A DNA stretch of 62,355 nucleotides from Acidimicrobiia bacterium (GTDB taxonomy: Bacteria; Actinomycetota; Acidimicrobiia; Spongiisociales; Spongiisociaceae). Positions 37,302 through 46,697 of the stretch are shown piece by piece. The translations under genes were made by a program, and so were the position numbers. How positions within the stretch are numbered: the stretch's first letter is position 1; every line of letters starts with the position of its first letter. The notes below the pieces were generated by a model. It had not been told where the DNA came from. It saw nothing but the letters and a program-made list of their open reading frames with translations, and searched no databases. Where the stretch lies: the NCBI GenBank assembly GCA_041576165.1, contig JBFGLM010000027.1:1-62355 (forward strand), written 5' to 3'.

Positions 37302-38329
37302 CGATCGAACGGCCGCGGGTTGAAGCAACGGAGTGTGCGGTCGCTGTCGCTGCTCACGAGGGGTGGGTGTTCCAACCAGCACTGGTCGAGGGCGTGCGGA
37401 CACCTGGGCGCGAAATGGCAGCCGTCCGGCATGAGCTGGGGCGGAGGAACGATTCCGGGGATCGGGTACAGCCGCTCCCTCTTCATGCTCACGTGGGGCA
37501 GCGCTCGGAGCAAGCCCTGGGTATACGGGTGCTTCGGATCTGCAAACAGCTCATCCACCGGTGCCTGCTCAACGATCTCGCCCGCGTACATGACCGCGAC
37601 CCGGTCGGCCACTGCTGCGACGACGGCCAGGTCATGGGTGATCAGGAGCATCGACATGTCGCGCTCTTGTTGCTCGGACAGAAGCCGGTCGAGAATCTGA
37701 GCCTGTACCGTTACATCGAGTGCCGTGGTCGGCTCGTCGGCGATCAGAATGTCGGGGTCAAGCACCAGCGCCATGGCAATCATGACTCGTTGCCGCATGC
37801 CACCCGACAGCTGATGCGGATACGAGTCAAGACGCCGTTCCGGGTCCGGCAGGCCAACCTCGCGTAACACCTCGACCGCCATGTCTCTTGCCGCCATCCT
37901 GCTGATCGTCCTGTGCGCCCGGATCACCTCGGTGATCACGTGACCCACGGTGAACACCGGATCCAGCGACGTGAGAGGGTCCTGAAAGATCATCGAGATG
38001 GAATCGGAGCGCACCTCCCGCATCTCGCGCCTGCTGAGCGACAGCAGATCCCGGCCCCCGTACGTGATCTCACCGCCCCGGACCCGGACCGGCGGGCTGG
38101 GAAGCAAGCGCATGATCGACAACGCAGTCACGCTCTTCCCGCAGCCGCTCTCACCCACCAGGCACAGGATCTCGTTGCGATAGATGTCGAGCGAAAGACC
38201 CCGGACGATGTCGAAGGACTCTCCTCGACTCGTCACCGAGGTCCGCAGGTCGCGAACCGACAGGAGAGGCGTCCTTGCTGCTTCCGGGCTGGGCGGTGGA
38301 TCGCCGACTTGCTCTGCTGCCTGGGTCAT
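37298..38329 (-). CDS. Peptide ABC transporter ATP-binding subunit (DppD/OppD-like)
   Basis: [43 protein letters not shown]. Confidence 0.96.
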   Translation of the reverse strand: MTQAAEQVGDPPPSPEAARTPLLSVRDLRTSVTSRGESFDIVRGLSLDIYRNEILCLVGESGCGKSVTALSIMRLLPSPPVRVRGGEITYGGRDLLSLSRREMREVRSDSISMIFQDPLTSLDPVFTVGHVITEVIRAHRTISRMAARDMAVEVLREVGLPDPERRLDSYPHQLSGGMRQRVMIAMALVLDPDILIADEPTTALDVTVQAQILDRLLSEQQERDMSMLLITHDLAVVAAVADRVAVMYAGEIVEQAPVDELFADPKHPYTQGLLRALPHVSMKRERLYPIPGIVPPPQLMPDGCHFAPRCPHALDQCWLEHPPLVSSDSDRTLRCFNPRPFDR

Positions 38330-38332
38330 CGT

Positions 38333-39250
38333 TCAGGCCTTGCGCAATCGCGGATTGACGACGGTATAACCGATGTCTGCCAGCCAGTTGCTCAACACGA
38401 CGATCGTGACGAGCACGAGCGAGAAGAACTGGGCAACCGGGTAGTCGCGCCGCAGCACCGCATTGACGAGCACCTGTCCCAGACCCGGCCAGCCGAAGAT
38501 GGTCTCTACGACGAGAGCGTATCCGACGATCTGACCGATCCGGAGGCCGGCGAGCGACACTATCGGAACCAGCGCATTGCGGAATACGTGCTTACCGACC
38601 ACGCGAACCTCACCGAGTCCCCCCGCCCGCAGCGTCCGGACGAAATCCTGGCCCAGGTTCTCGAGCATGGCGGAACGGGTCATGCGAACAGTCAGCGCTA
38701 TGCCTTCCATCGCCAGCACGACGGCCGGCAGGATGAGTTGCTTGAAACTGCAACATCCGGCGGAGGGGAGCCACCTGAGGATCGAGGCGAACAGCCACAC
38801 GACGAGCAGTGCCAGCCAGAAATTGGGCACGGCCATGCCCGCGACCGAAAAGGTCATGATCCCGCCGTCCATCCACGAATTGCGTTTCACGGACGCGATG
38901 ATGCCCAGCGGTATGCCGATCGCGAACACGAGCACGAACGCGGCGGCGCCGAGGACCAGGCTGTTCTGCCCGTGCTCGCGCACCATCGTCTGTATGGACG
39001 CATTGTTGGTCAACGAGGTGCCGAGGTCGCCGGTGAGAACCCTGCTCATGTACCCGAAGTACTGCTGGTAGATGGGGTCGTTCAGGCCGAGTTGCTCACG
39101 AAAAGCCTCCCGATCAGCGGCGGACGCCGAGGCCGGCAGACGAGCGGCCGTGGCGTCACCGCCGGAGAGGCGAATGGCGTAGAAGACGGCGATCGACGAC
39201 AGCAGCAGCACGATCAGCGTGTAGACACTCCGGGCGACCAGACGCTTCAC
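38333..39250 (-). CDS. Peptide ABC transporter permease (DppB/OppB-like)
   Basis: GLNDP...QY, GDLG.S, P.FW, RMTRS.MLE.L.QDFVRT.RA.G, HVFRNAL.P, ETIF.WPG.G. Confidence 0.95.
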   Translation of the reverse strand: MKRLVARSVYTLIVLLLSSIAVFYAIRLSGGDATAARLPASASAADREAFREQLGLNDPIYQQYFGYMSRVLTGDLGTSLTNNASIQTMVREHGQNSLVLGAAAFVLVFAIGIPLGIIASVKRNSWMDGGIMTFSVAGMAVPNFWLALLVVWLFASILRWLPSAGCCSFKQLILPAVVLAMEGIALTVRMTRSAMLENLGQDFVRTLRAGGLGEVRVVGKHVFRNALVPIVSLAGLRIGQIVGYALVVETIFGWPGLGQVLVNAVLRRDYPVAQFFSLVLVTIVVLSNWLADIGYTVVNPRLRKA

Positions 39251-40188
39251 GGCTCGTCCACGCCTTTCGCCTCGTGCCGGAGCCGTGGGTCGAACACGTC
39301 ACGGAGCCCGTCGCCAATAAGGGACACCGACAACACCAGCAGCACGATCGTCAGTCCCGGGATCGTGGACTCCCAATGGTTGAGCTGCAGGAAGTTGCGG
39401 CCGTCGGAGACCATCCCGCCGAGGCTCGGAGTGGGTGGCTGGGCACCCAGGCCGATGAAGGACAGCGCCGCCTCGGCGATGATCGCCACTGCCACGTAGT
39501 ACGAGGCGAGGACGAAAGCCGGCGCCAGAATGTTTGGGAAGAGGTGGCGCCACATGATGCGCTGCGTCGACAGGCCTCCGGCACGGGCGGCCTCGATGAA
39601 CTCACGCTCACTCAGCGCCAGAACCTCGCCGCGCACCACCCGCGCGATTGCGGCGGTGTTCACAAGCCCAACCGCCAGGATCACCGGGACGAGGCCCTCC
39701 CCCAGGCCGCCTGCAAACAATACGGCGACGAGAATCAGCGGGAATCCCCAGACGAAATCAACGACGCCTCGGATGGTGCGGTCCTGCCAGCCGCCGATGA
39801 AACCGCCAATCATTCCTATCACGATGCCGAGGATCAGCGAAAGCAACGTGACGCCGGCCGCTACGATGAGGCTGACCCTGATGCCGATGAAGAGCCGAAC
39901 GGCCAGATCCCGGCCGAGCTGGTCGGTGCCGAGGAGGTGCCCTTCGCTGCCTGGCGGGAGATGCGTCTCTGAGAAGCTCTGCGCCGTCGGATCCGCGCCG
40001 GACACCATGGGGCCAAAGATGGCGGTCAGCAACACCGCAATTCCCAGCACACTTCCGAACAGGAGCATCTTGTTGTGGCGCATCCGTCGCAGTGCGGCGC
40101 GGAATGCGCTCACATGCTGGCCGGCTTCGTAGTCTGCCAGCCGCTGACTCCACGCGTCGAGATGGCTCGACGTCCGCTCAGCTACCAA
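39247..40188 (-). CDS. Peptide ABC transporter permease (DppC/OppC-like)
   Basis: HLLGTD.LGRD, AR.VRG..L...EREFIEAARA.G, RH.FPN, EAALSF.GLG.QPPTPS.G. Confidence 0.95.
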   Translation of the reverse strand: MVAERTSSHLDAWSQRLADYEAGQHVSAFRAALRRMRHNKMLLFGSVLGIAVLLTAIFGPMVSGADPTAQSFSETHLPPGSEGHLLGTDQLGRDLAVRLFIGIRVSLIVAAGVTLLSLILGIVIGMIGGFIGGWQDRTIRGVVDFVWGFPLILVAVLFAGGLGEGLVPVILAVGLVNTAAIARVVRGEVLALSEREFIEAARAGGLSTQRIMWRHLFPNILAPAFVLASYYVAVAIIAEAALSFIGLGAQPPTPSLGGMVSDGRNFLQLNHWESTIPGLTIVLLVLSVSLIGDGLRDVFDPRLRHEAKGVDEP

Positions 40189-40265
40189 ACACGCAGCTCC
40201 TCATCCTCCGATCCTACGCACACCCGCATCGTGGGCGACCGGCGCCCGCGGGCGTTCCCAGTCGA

Positions 40266-42083
40266 TCAGGCCTCGATCCAGGTGTCGTTGTAGTACGGGT
40301 AGAGGTTCCAGACGAACGGCTGCCAGCCATGCACCCCGTTGTGGTGCACGAACGTGGCGTTCTGGTTCATGATCGGCAGGTACGGCAGTTGCTCAGCCCA
40401 CGCAAGCTGGAACTCGGACGAGGCGGCTTGCGCCTCTTCGTCGGTGGCCGAGTTCAACCAGTTCTCTATGGCGGTGTCGACCCTCGGTTCGATGGCGTGG
40501 CTGAAGTTCGGCACCGGAATGAACTGCGACCCGCCGAACAGGATCAGGACGTCGAGGGGGATCGGCCAGAGCCAGAAGAAACCTGACATGGGCGGCCCAT
40601 CCCGTCCCTCCTTGGCCTGCTCCTCGAACACACGGGCCCGGTCGATCACGCTCAGGTTGGCAGTCACCCCGACCACGGAGAACTGCTGGGCGACGGCCTC
40701 AGCCACAGCCCGCTGGACGGTCTCGTCCTCCACGATGTAGTCGAACTCGAACCTCGTCCCTTCACGCTCGCGTACCCCGTCGCTGCCCAGCACCCATCCT
40801 GCTTCGTCGAGCTTCTGGTTGGCGAGGTCGACGTCGAACTGGTTGAACGCTTCTACTGCCGGGTCGTACTGCCGGTCGGTTGTCGGGAAGGGGCCGAATG
40901 TGGGAGCGCCGTTGCCGAACAAGATGGCGTCGACCATGCCCTGGCGGTCGAGTGCATGCGACAGACCCTGACGGGTGAGCACGTCACCGAAGAACTCGTC
41001 GTAATCCCGGTTCATCGCCAGGTGGTACCCGGACCACTCCGGGTGCCGAATTGTGGTCAGATCGGGGTTCGATTCGAGACGCCCGATGTCCTGAGGTGCC
41101 GGCCCGATGAGCGTATCGATGTCGCCATTCTCGAGCTGGGTGGCCCGCTGCCCGGCCTCAGTGATCACCGTCCAGCGGATTGCATCAAGTCGCGCGGCGC
41201 CTTGGTTTTCGAAGAAGGGTGTCTGCGACCCCGGGTAGTCGTCCCAGCGGTTGACGAGCACGTGGCTACCAGGGACCCACTCCTCGTGCGTGAACGGACC
41301 GGTGCCATCGGCAAACTCGGTTCCGTAGGTCGACTCGACGTTCAGGGTTCCGTCGGCGTTGAGCGACGATTCGTTCCACGTGTCTATGTTGAGAATCCGC
41401 CAGTACCCGGTCTTGTGCGGCCCCAATGCGCCGATCCACGCGTTCTTCATGGTCATCACGACCTCATTGCCTTCTGCCGTGTACGTGTCGACCGGCGCGG
41501 CCAGGCCCGCGATGAAGCTGAATGCCTGGATCGCGCGGTAGAACTCGGCAACCTTCTCTGCGTCGATGGTGCCCCCCGAGTGGGAGAGCTTTCCCTCGGG
41601 GATGGTGAAGCGGTACTCGAGTCCATCATCGGACACGGACCAGTCCGAGGCGAACTGGGGAACAGTGTTGCCATCGGGATCGTTCGACAGAATTGCCTCG
41701 TAAATCGCGAAGAAAGCCGGGTCGTACCAGTTGGTGGTGAGCGGGTCGTGCTTGGAGACGTCCCGGTTGTATCCCTCGCGCAACGTTCCCCCGACGACGG
41801 GGGCCATCGCATCCGCAGCGGTGGTGCCTGTAGTCGCTTCAGTTCCGGCATCCCCGGTGGTGGCCGCAGTTGTGTCGCCGGCATCGCCGGTTGTGGCGCC
41901 GGTGGTGTCGCCGCCCGAGTCGTCGCCGCATGCCGCCAGAATCGTGGCGGCGGCCGCCACCCCAAAGCCGGCGGCACCCATTCGTTTCATGAATTCCCGC
42001 CGCGTCAGCGCTCTGGCCTGGTACTGATCAGTGAGCCGAGCCACCTCGTCGCCGTACTCGGACTTGATCCACGAGCTACCCAT
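40266..42083 (-). CDS. Peptide ABC transporter substrate-binding lipoprotein (family 5), Tat-exported
   Basis: TRREFMKR twin-Arg signal, LAAC lipobox, Thr/Gly linker, GTGPF, RQ.LS.A.DR, L.EAGW..G.DGVRE. Confidence 0.92.
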   Translation of the reverse strand: MGSSWIKSEYGDEVARLTDQYQARALTRREFMKRMGAAGFGVAAAATILAACGDDSGGDTTGATTGDAGDTTAATTGDAGTEATTGTTAADAMAPVVGGTLREGYNRDVSKHDPLTTNWYDPAFFAIYEAILSNDPDGNTVPQFASDWSVSDDGLEYRFTIPEGKLSHSGGTIDAEKVAEFYRAIQAFSFIAGLAAPVDTYTAEGNEVVMTMKNAWIGALGPHKTGYWRILNIDTWNESSLNADGTLNVESTYGTEFADGTGPFTHEEWVPGSHVLVNRWDDYPGSQTPFFENQGAARLDAIRWTVITEAGQRATQLENGDIDTLIGPAPQDIGRLESNPDLTTIRHPEWSGYHLAMNRDYDEFFGDVLTRQGLSHALDRQGMVDAILFGNGAPTFGPFPTTDRQYDPAVEAFNQFDVDLANQKLDEAGWVLGSDGVREREGTRFEFDYIVEDETVQRAVAEAVAQQFSVVGVTANLSVIDRARVFEEQAKEGRDGPPMSGFFWLWPIPLDVLILFGGSQFIPVPNFSHAIEPRVDTAIENWLNSATDEEAQAASSEFQLAWAEQLPYLPIMNQNATFVHHNGVHGWQPFVWNLYPYYNDTWIEA

Positions 42084-42175
42084 CTCATCCTCCTCGCACG
42101 CCGCGTCCTGGGGGACCCTGCGGGCAGATATTATACGATTTGACATTGCGCGGGCGTGATGGGGAGGAAGGGTTG

Positions 42176-43153
42176 ATGGCTGGTGAACACGAACGCATGC
42201 TCGTCACAGGGGCCGCCGGATGTATCGGCGCATGGGCCGTTCACGAACTTGTCAACCAGGGAGCCCAGGCGGTCGCATTCGACGTGAGCGAGGATCACCA
42301 CCGGCTCCGGCTTCTGCTCGACGACGATCAGATGGGCCGGGTGACCTTCCGTCAAGGTGATCTCCGCGATCAGCAGACGGTCGAAGACGTGGTCGCGGAG
42401 GAGCACATAACCCACGTAGTTCACCTCGCCGCTCTTCAAGTCCCATTCTGTGTCGCCGATCCAGTGCTGGGTTCGCAAGTCAACGTAACGGGAACCGTGA
42501 ATGTGCTCGAGGCAGCGCGCCGGGCAGGCGGCACGGTGCGGGGTATCGCCTACGCATCGTCGATCGCCGTCTTCGGTCCGGCCGAGCTGTACGAGGGCGG
42601 CGTTGCCAGAGACGACTCACCGATGGCGCCGGCAACGCTGTACGGCTCATACAAGGTGGCGAACGAATGGACTGCGGCCGTGTACGCAGCAGATTGGGGT
42701 GTCGGATCGGTTGGGTTGCGTCCGAGCGTGATCTACGGGCCAGGACGCGACCAGGGTCTCACCTCGGATCCGACCAAAGCAATGCTTGCCACGGCCGCCG
42801 GCCGCGACAGCCACATTGCATTCGGCGGCGCAACGACCTACCAGCACGCCCAGGACGCCGCCGCATGCTTCATCGCGACCGCCCGTCTCGAACGTGGTAC
42901 GGCGCACGTATACAACATCGGCGGCCCGTCGGCGCCGATCGACGAGGTCGCGGCCGCCATCGACGCCGCCGGCTCGGGAACGACCACGACGTTCGCCGAC
43001 ACCCCTCTCCCGCTGCCGGCGCATATAGACGGCTCCAATCTCGACCAGCTAATCGATGTCAAACACCGGCCCCTGACCGAAGGAATCGCTGAATCAGTCG
43101 ACCATTTCGCACGCCTTTTGCGGGCCGGGCTGATCGAGGCCTCGCCCCCGTGA
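42176..43153 (+). CDS. NAD-dependent epimerase/dehydratase
   Basis: LVTGAAGCIG, HLAA, VNV.GT.NVLEA, ASS.AV, YGSYK, YGPGRD. Confidence 0.92.
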   Translation: MAGEHERMLVTGAAGCIGAWAVHELVNQGAQAVAFDVSEDHHRLRLLLDDDQMGRVTFRQGDLRDQQTVEDVVAEEHITHVVHLAALQVPFCVADPVLGSQVNVTGTVNVLEAARRAGGTVRGIAYASSIAVFGPAELYEGGVARDDSPMAPATLYGSYKVANEWTAAVYAADWGVGSVGLRPSVIYGPGRDQGLTSDPTKAMLATAAGRDSHIAFGGATTYQHAQDAAACFIATARLERGTAHVYNIGGPSAPIDEVAAAIDAAGSGTTTTFADTPLPLPAHIDGSNLDQLIDVKHRPLTEGIAESVDHFARLLRAGLIEASPP

Positions 43154-43191
43154 CAACCCGTAGCTGCCACCAGGCAAGGAGGGAGATCTAG

Positions 43192-44001
43192 ATGTGCACG
43201 ACCGGTGTCCTGAGGTTTGGCCCGGACGACTACCTCCTCTTCAAGAACAAGGACTTCGGCCGCGCCCACTTCGACGATCGCATCGTCGTCGAGCCCAACG
43301 TATTCGGCGTCGAGGGCATCACCACCTGGGCCGGATCAAACCCCGATCTCGACCATTTCTCGGGCTTCTCGATCGGCGCCAACGCTTCGGGGATACTTGC
43401 CTGCGACTCGAACGTGCGCACCCTCCCGGACCACGCCAATTACGACGATCTCGTGGAGATCGCGCTTCGCTCCGGCACCGACGTCGCTTCCGGCGTGGCC
43501 GCCGTCGCGGCGGCCGTGGCGGTGGGCCCGTACCTGTGGGGCAACCTGATCCTCATCGACGGCGAGTCCGCAGCCGCCATCGAGGTGCGAGAAAGCGAGC
43601 TCGCGGTGCTGCCAATCACCGGGCCCACCGCTCGCACCAACCACCACACCAAGCTGGGCACTCATCCGGACAACGACGATTCTTCCACGACCGAGGCGCG
43701 GCTGGAGGCTGCGCAGCGTTACATTGCGGACGCCTCCTCACTCGACGACGTGTTCGCCCTACTCCGGTCCCACGATCAGGGCGACACCGGCATCTGCAAC
43801 CACGCCCTCCATCAGACCGTGTACCGCTATGTCCTGCGCCGGAAGGACGGGATGACCACTTTGCACGTTCGCCAGGGCCGCCCATGTGAGGACGGAACCG
43901 ACGTGACGCTCGCATTGCCGCTCGGTGATAGGTGGACGGTGGAGGCGGCGGCGTCGTTTCGATCCGCTTACCCCTCGAACCGATCGATGCAGCCCAGCTA
44001 G
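43192..44001 (+). CDS. Ntn-hydrolase, C45 / acyl-CoA:6-APA acyltransferase-like
   Basis: N-terminal M-C-T nucleophile, FKNKD, G.N..G, RTNH, S...R, HD....ICNH. Confidence 0.75.
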   Translation: MCTTGVLRFGPDDYLLFKNKDFGRAHFDDRIVVEPNVFGVEGITTWAGSNPDLDHFSGFSIGANASGILACDSNVRTLPDHANYDDLVEIALRSGTDVASGVAAVAAAVAVGPYLWGNLILIDGESAAAIEVRESELAVLPITGPTARTNHHTKLGTHPDNDDSSTTEARLEAAQRYIADASSLDDVFALLRSHDQGDTGICNHALHQTVYRYVLRRKDGMTTLHVRQGRPCEDGTDVTLALPLGDRWTVEAAASFRSAYPSNRSMQPS

Positions 44002-44006
44002 GTTCC

Positions 44007-45482
44007 GTGCCGCCGAATGCCGGTCGCCCGCGAGCGCCACGCGTCGCAGTCGCGTCAGTGCTTCAGGAATCGAATACGTTCGCCCCCGGGCGATGCCGGT
44101 GGTCCGATTTCACCGTTGTCTTCGACGAGCAGGCGGAGATCTTCGTCCGGGGCACCAACTCCGAGATGGCCGGAGCTCTCGCCGAGCTGTCGGCCGCCGG
44201 CGCGGAGCCGCATCCGCTGGTCTTTGCGTGGGCAATGCCCAGCGCACCGGTCGACCACGACGACTACCTTGCGCTCCGCGACGAACTCCTGAACCGTCTC
44301 GACGGCGCGCGCTGGGACGCGGTCGTGCTTTCGCTCCACGGAGCGATGGCGACCACCCTGGAGGCCGACGCCGACGGTGCGCTGGCGGCGGCGATCCGGG
44401 CCGCAATCGGCGACGTCCCGCTCGTGATGTGTCTTGACCTCCACGCAAATGTCACCCGGCGGATGGTCGGCGCCAGCGACGCCATCATCGGCTACCACAC
44501 CGACCCACATGTCGATCAGGCCGACACCGGCCGGCGTGCAGCGCGTCTGGCCCTTGCAGTCATAGAAGGACGCGTCCGACCCGTCACCGCGATGGCCAAG
44601 CGGCCCATGCTGATGCCGGCCGAGGCCATGAACACAACCAGCGGACCGCTGGGCGCAGTACGCCGGCACTGGGACACAGCGTTGCCCAACGCGGTTCTCG
44701 ACCTGTCGTTGTTCCCTGTCCAACCATGGCTCGACGTTCCAGAACTCGGATTCGGCGTCCTGGTTACGACAGACGGAGACGGATCGCTCGCAGAATCGGC
44801 GGCGGAGAGCGTCGCCGACGAGGCATATCGACTCCGGGAGAGCTTCGCGGTGGATCTTGTGGACCCCGAGGGTGCGATCGTGGCTGCCAGGCGCAGTTCG
44901 ATCCGCCCCTTCATCGTGTCGCACTCAGCGGACGCGCCGACCGCCGGCGCGGCCGGAGACAACCCGGCGATGATTCGTGCGCTGGTAACCGCCGCGCCGG
45001 ATCTGCGGGCGCTCGTGCCGATCGTCGACGCTCCAGCGGTCGGGTCCGCGCATCGAAGCGGGGCGGGCGCGGCCCTGGAGCTGGAAATCGGCGCATCCAT
45101 CGACGACCGCTGGGAGCCGCCCTTCTCGGTCGTGGCCACGGTCGAACGCGTCGGCGACGACCCGTATATCCTGCGCGGCGCCTCGTACACCGGAATGAAG
45201 GTGTCGATGGGCCGATTCGCCGTGCTGGCAGCACAGGAACTCCGCATCCTCGTCACCGAACGCCCAGCCTGGTCGGCTGATCCTGCAGCGTTTCTCCACG
45301 CTGGCCTGGACCCGGCCGGTGCCGACCTTGTTGTCGTTCGATCATGTAGTGACTTCCGTCCGAACTACCCGACCAGCGCGGGTGCGGTCACGCTCGATGT
45401 CCCGGGCCCGGCCACGCCCAACCTCCGGTCGCTCACGTTCGAGCGGGCGCCGCGCCCGCTGTGGCCGCTCGATCCCGTTTGA
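44007..45482 (+). CDS. M81 family metallopeptidase (MlrC-like)
   Basis: QESNTF, LSLHGAM, DADG, LDLHAN, YHT.PHVD, PWLDV..LG, AD.P.AG..GD; start approximate. Confidence 0.9.
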   Translation: MPPNAGRPRAPRVAVASVLQESNTFAPGRCRWSDFTVVFDEQAEIFVRGTNSEMAGALAELSAAGAEPHPLVFAWAMPSAPVDHDDYLALRDELLNRLDGARWDAVVLSLHGAMATTLEADADGALAAAIRAAIGDVPLVMCLDLHANVTRRMVGASDAIIGYHTDPHVDQADTGRRAARLALAVIEGRVRPVTAMAKRPMLMPAEAMNTTSGPLGAVRRHWDTALPNAVLDLSLFPVQPWLDVPELGFGVLVTTDGDGSLAESAAESVADEAYRLRESFAVDLVDPEGAIVAARRSSIRPFIVSHSADAPTAGAAGDNPAMIRALVTAAPDLRALVPIVDAPAVGSAHRSGAGAALELEIGASIDDRWEPPFSVVATVERVGDDPYILRGASYTGMKVSMGRFAVLAAQELRILVTERPAWSADPAAFLHAGLDPAGADLVVVRSCSDFRPNYPTSAGAVTLDVPGPATPNLRSLTFERAPRPLWPLDPV

Positions 45483-45491
45483 CGGTTACGC

Positions 45492-46277
45492 TCACTCTTC
45501 GGGAACGTCGTAGGTCTGCGCCGTCAACGCCCCGTCCACCACGAGGTTGATCCCGCTCACGTACCTGGCAGCATCCGACGCCAGATAGACGAACGCTTCG
45601 GCAATGTCGATGTCGTCGGCGAGGCGGTTCATAGGAACCACCGGAAAGCCATGGGTGCGCCACTTCTCCATCAGCTCCTCGCCCACGAGGTCGACGGACT
45701 GCTGGGTGTCGGCCGGCCCCGGGGCCACACAGTTGGCCCGGATGTTGTACGGCGCACACTCGACGGCGAACGCTTTCGCCAGCGACACCACGCCCGCTTT
45801 GGAAACGTTGTACGGCGTGAAGCCGCGCCCGTGGCCGAGGGCGACGATCGACGATGTGAACAACAACACACCGCCGCCGGTCTCCTTCATCGACCGCGCC
45901 GCGTCGCGCCCGAGCACGAAGTACGCGTCCAGATTCACCGAAAGAACCCGCCGCCAGTCTTCATTCGACAGATCGATCACCGGTGCTTCGACCCAGGCCG
46001 CGGCGTTGGCGATCATCACGTCGAGGCGCGGATCCACCTCGACGGCGCGAGCGATGGCGGCTTCGCAGTTGGCCATGTCGCCGAGATCCAGATTGAACTT
46101 GTGGGCGGTAGCACCGTGCTCCTCGACTTGAGGAGCGGTGGCGTCGAGCCGATCCTGTTTGTAGTCCACCAAATAGACGTTGTTGGCGCCTTCCTCGGCG
46201 AACCGGAGCGCGGTGCGACGCCCAAATCCGCTGCCGGCGCCGGTCACGAAAACGTTCTTACCCTCGAAACGACGCAT
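45492..46277 (-). CDS. SDR family oxidoreductase
   Basis: VTGAGSGFG, ANAA, YNVSK, IRANCVAPG, VDG. Confidence 0.93.
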   Translation of the reverse strand: MRRFEGKNVFVTGAGSGFGRRTALRFAEEGANNVYLVDYKQDRLDATAPQVEEHGATAHKFNLDLGDMANCEAAIARAVEVDPRLDVMIANAAAWVEAPVIDLSNEDWRRVLSVNLDAYFVLGRDAARSMKETGGGVLLFTSSIVALGHGRGFTPYNVSKAGVVSLAKAFAVECAPYNIRANCVAPGPADTQQSVDLVGEELMEKWRTHGFPVVPMNRLADDIDIAEAFVYLASDAARYVSGINLVVDGALTAQTYDVPEE

Positions 46278-46298
46278 CGTCGACCTCCCGGAGCCTGA

Positions 46299-46640
46299 TC
46301 ACCACGTCGACGGCCGGTGCGGTGGCGGCATGATCACATGCTCTTTGACGACCCAGAAGGTGCCGGTCGTCTTGGCATACCGCTGGACGTCCTCCCAGGC
46401 GTCCGCCAGCTGTTGAGACTCACCGGCCCGGGCGAATGCCTCCTCGTCGTCGTACCACTGCTCGACGAACGCCTCTGTCTCCAGCTCACCTTGCAGCTTG
46501 CTGATGACCTCGGACACGACGTAACCGCGCACGCCCGGGACTTGCCGTGAGATCGGCGCGTGGACATCGCGCCAGTACTCGAAGAAGCCTTCCTTGGTGA
46601 AGTCGTCGCGCTTGTAGGCCGTGCCGATCAGCTTGATCAT
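46299..46640 (-). CDS. EthD family protein
   Basis: MIKL....KR..F..E.F..YW..VHAP....VPG.RGY; SD GGAGG. Confidence 0.85.
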   Translation of the reverse strand: MIKLIGTAYKRDDFTKEGFFEYWRDVHAPISRQVPGVRGYVVSEVISKLQGELETEAFVEQWYDDEEAFARAGESQQLADAWEDVQRYAKTTGTFWVVKEHVIMPPPHRPSTW

Positions 46641-46697
46641 CCCGTTCCTCCCCGGATCGCCTGTTCGGAATTTATCAAATCTCGTAGTCTGCTCGCC

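Noticed and set aside
38740-38765. Vicinal Cys-Cys motifs (permease SAGCCSF; CocE GHSCCFD) as further selenoprotein candidates
   Set aside because: Both are ordinary TGY codons with no in-frame TGA or SECIS-like hairpin noticed
37913-39499. Long opposite-strand or alternate-frame ORFs (also 7498-8766, 40956-42143 and the 5' part of 50084-51676)
   Set aside because: Antisense shadows of well-supported genes, expected in high-GC DNA; no motifs
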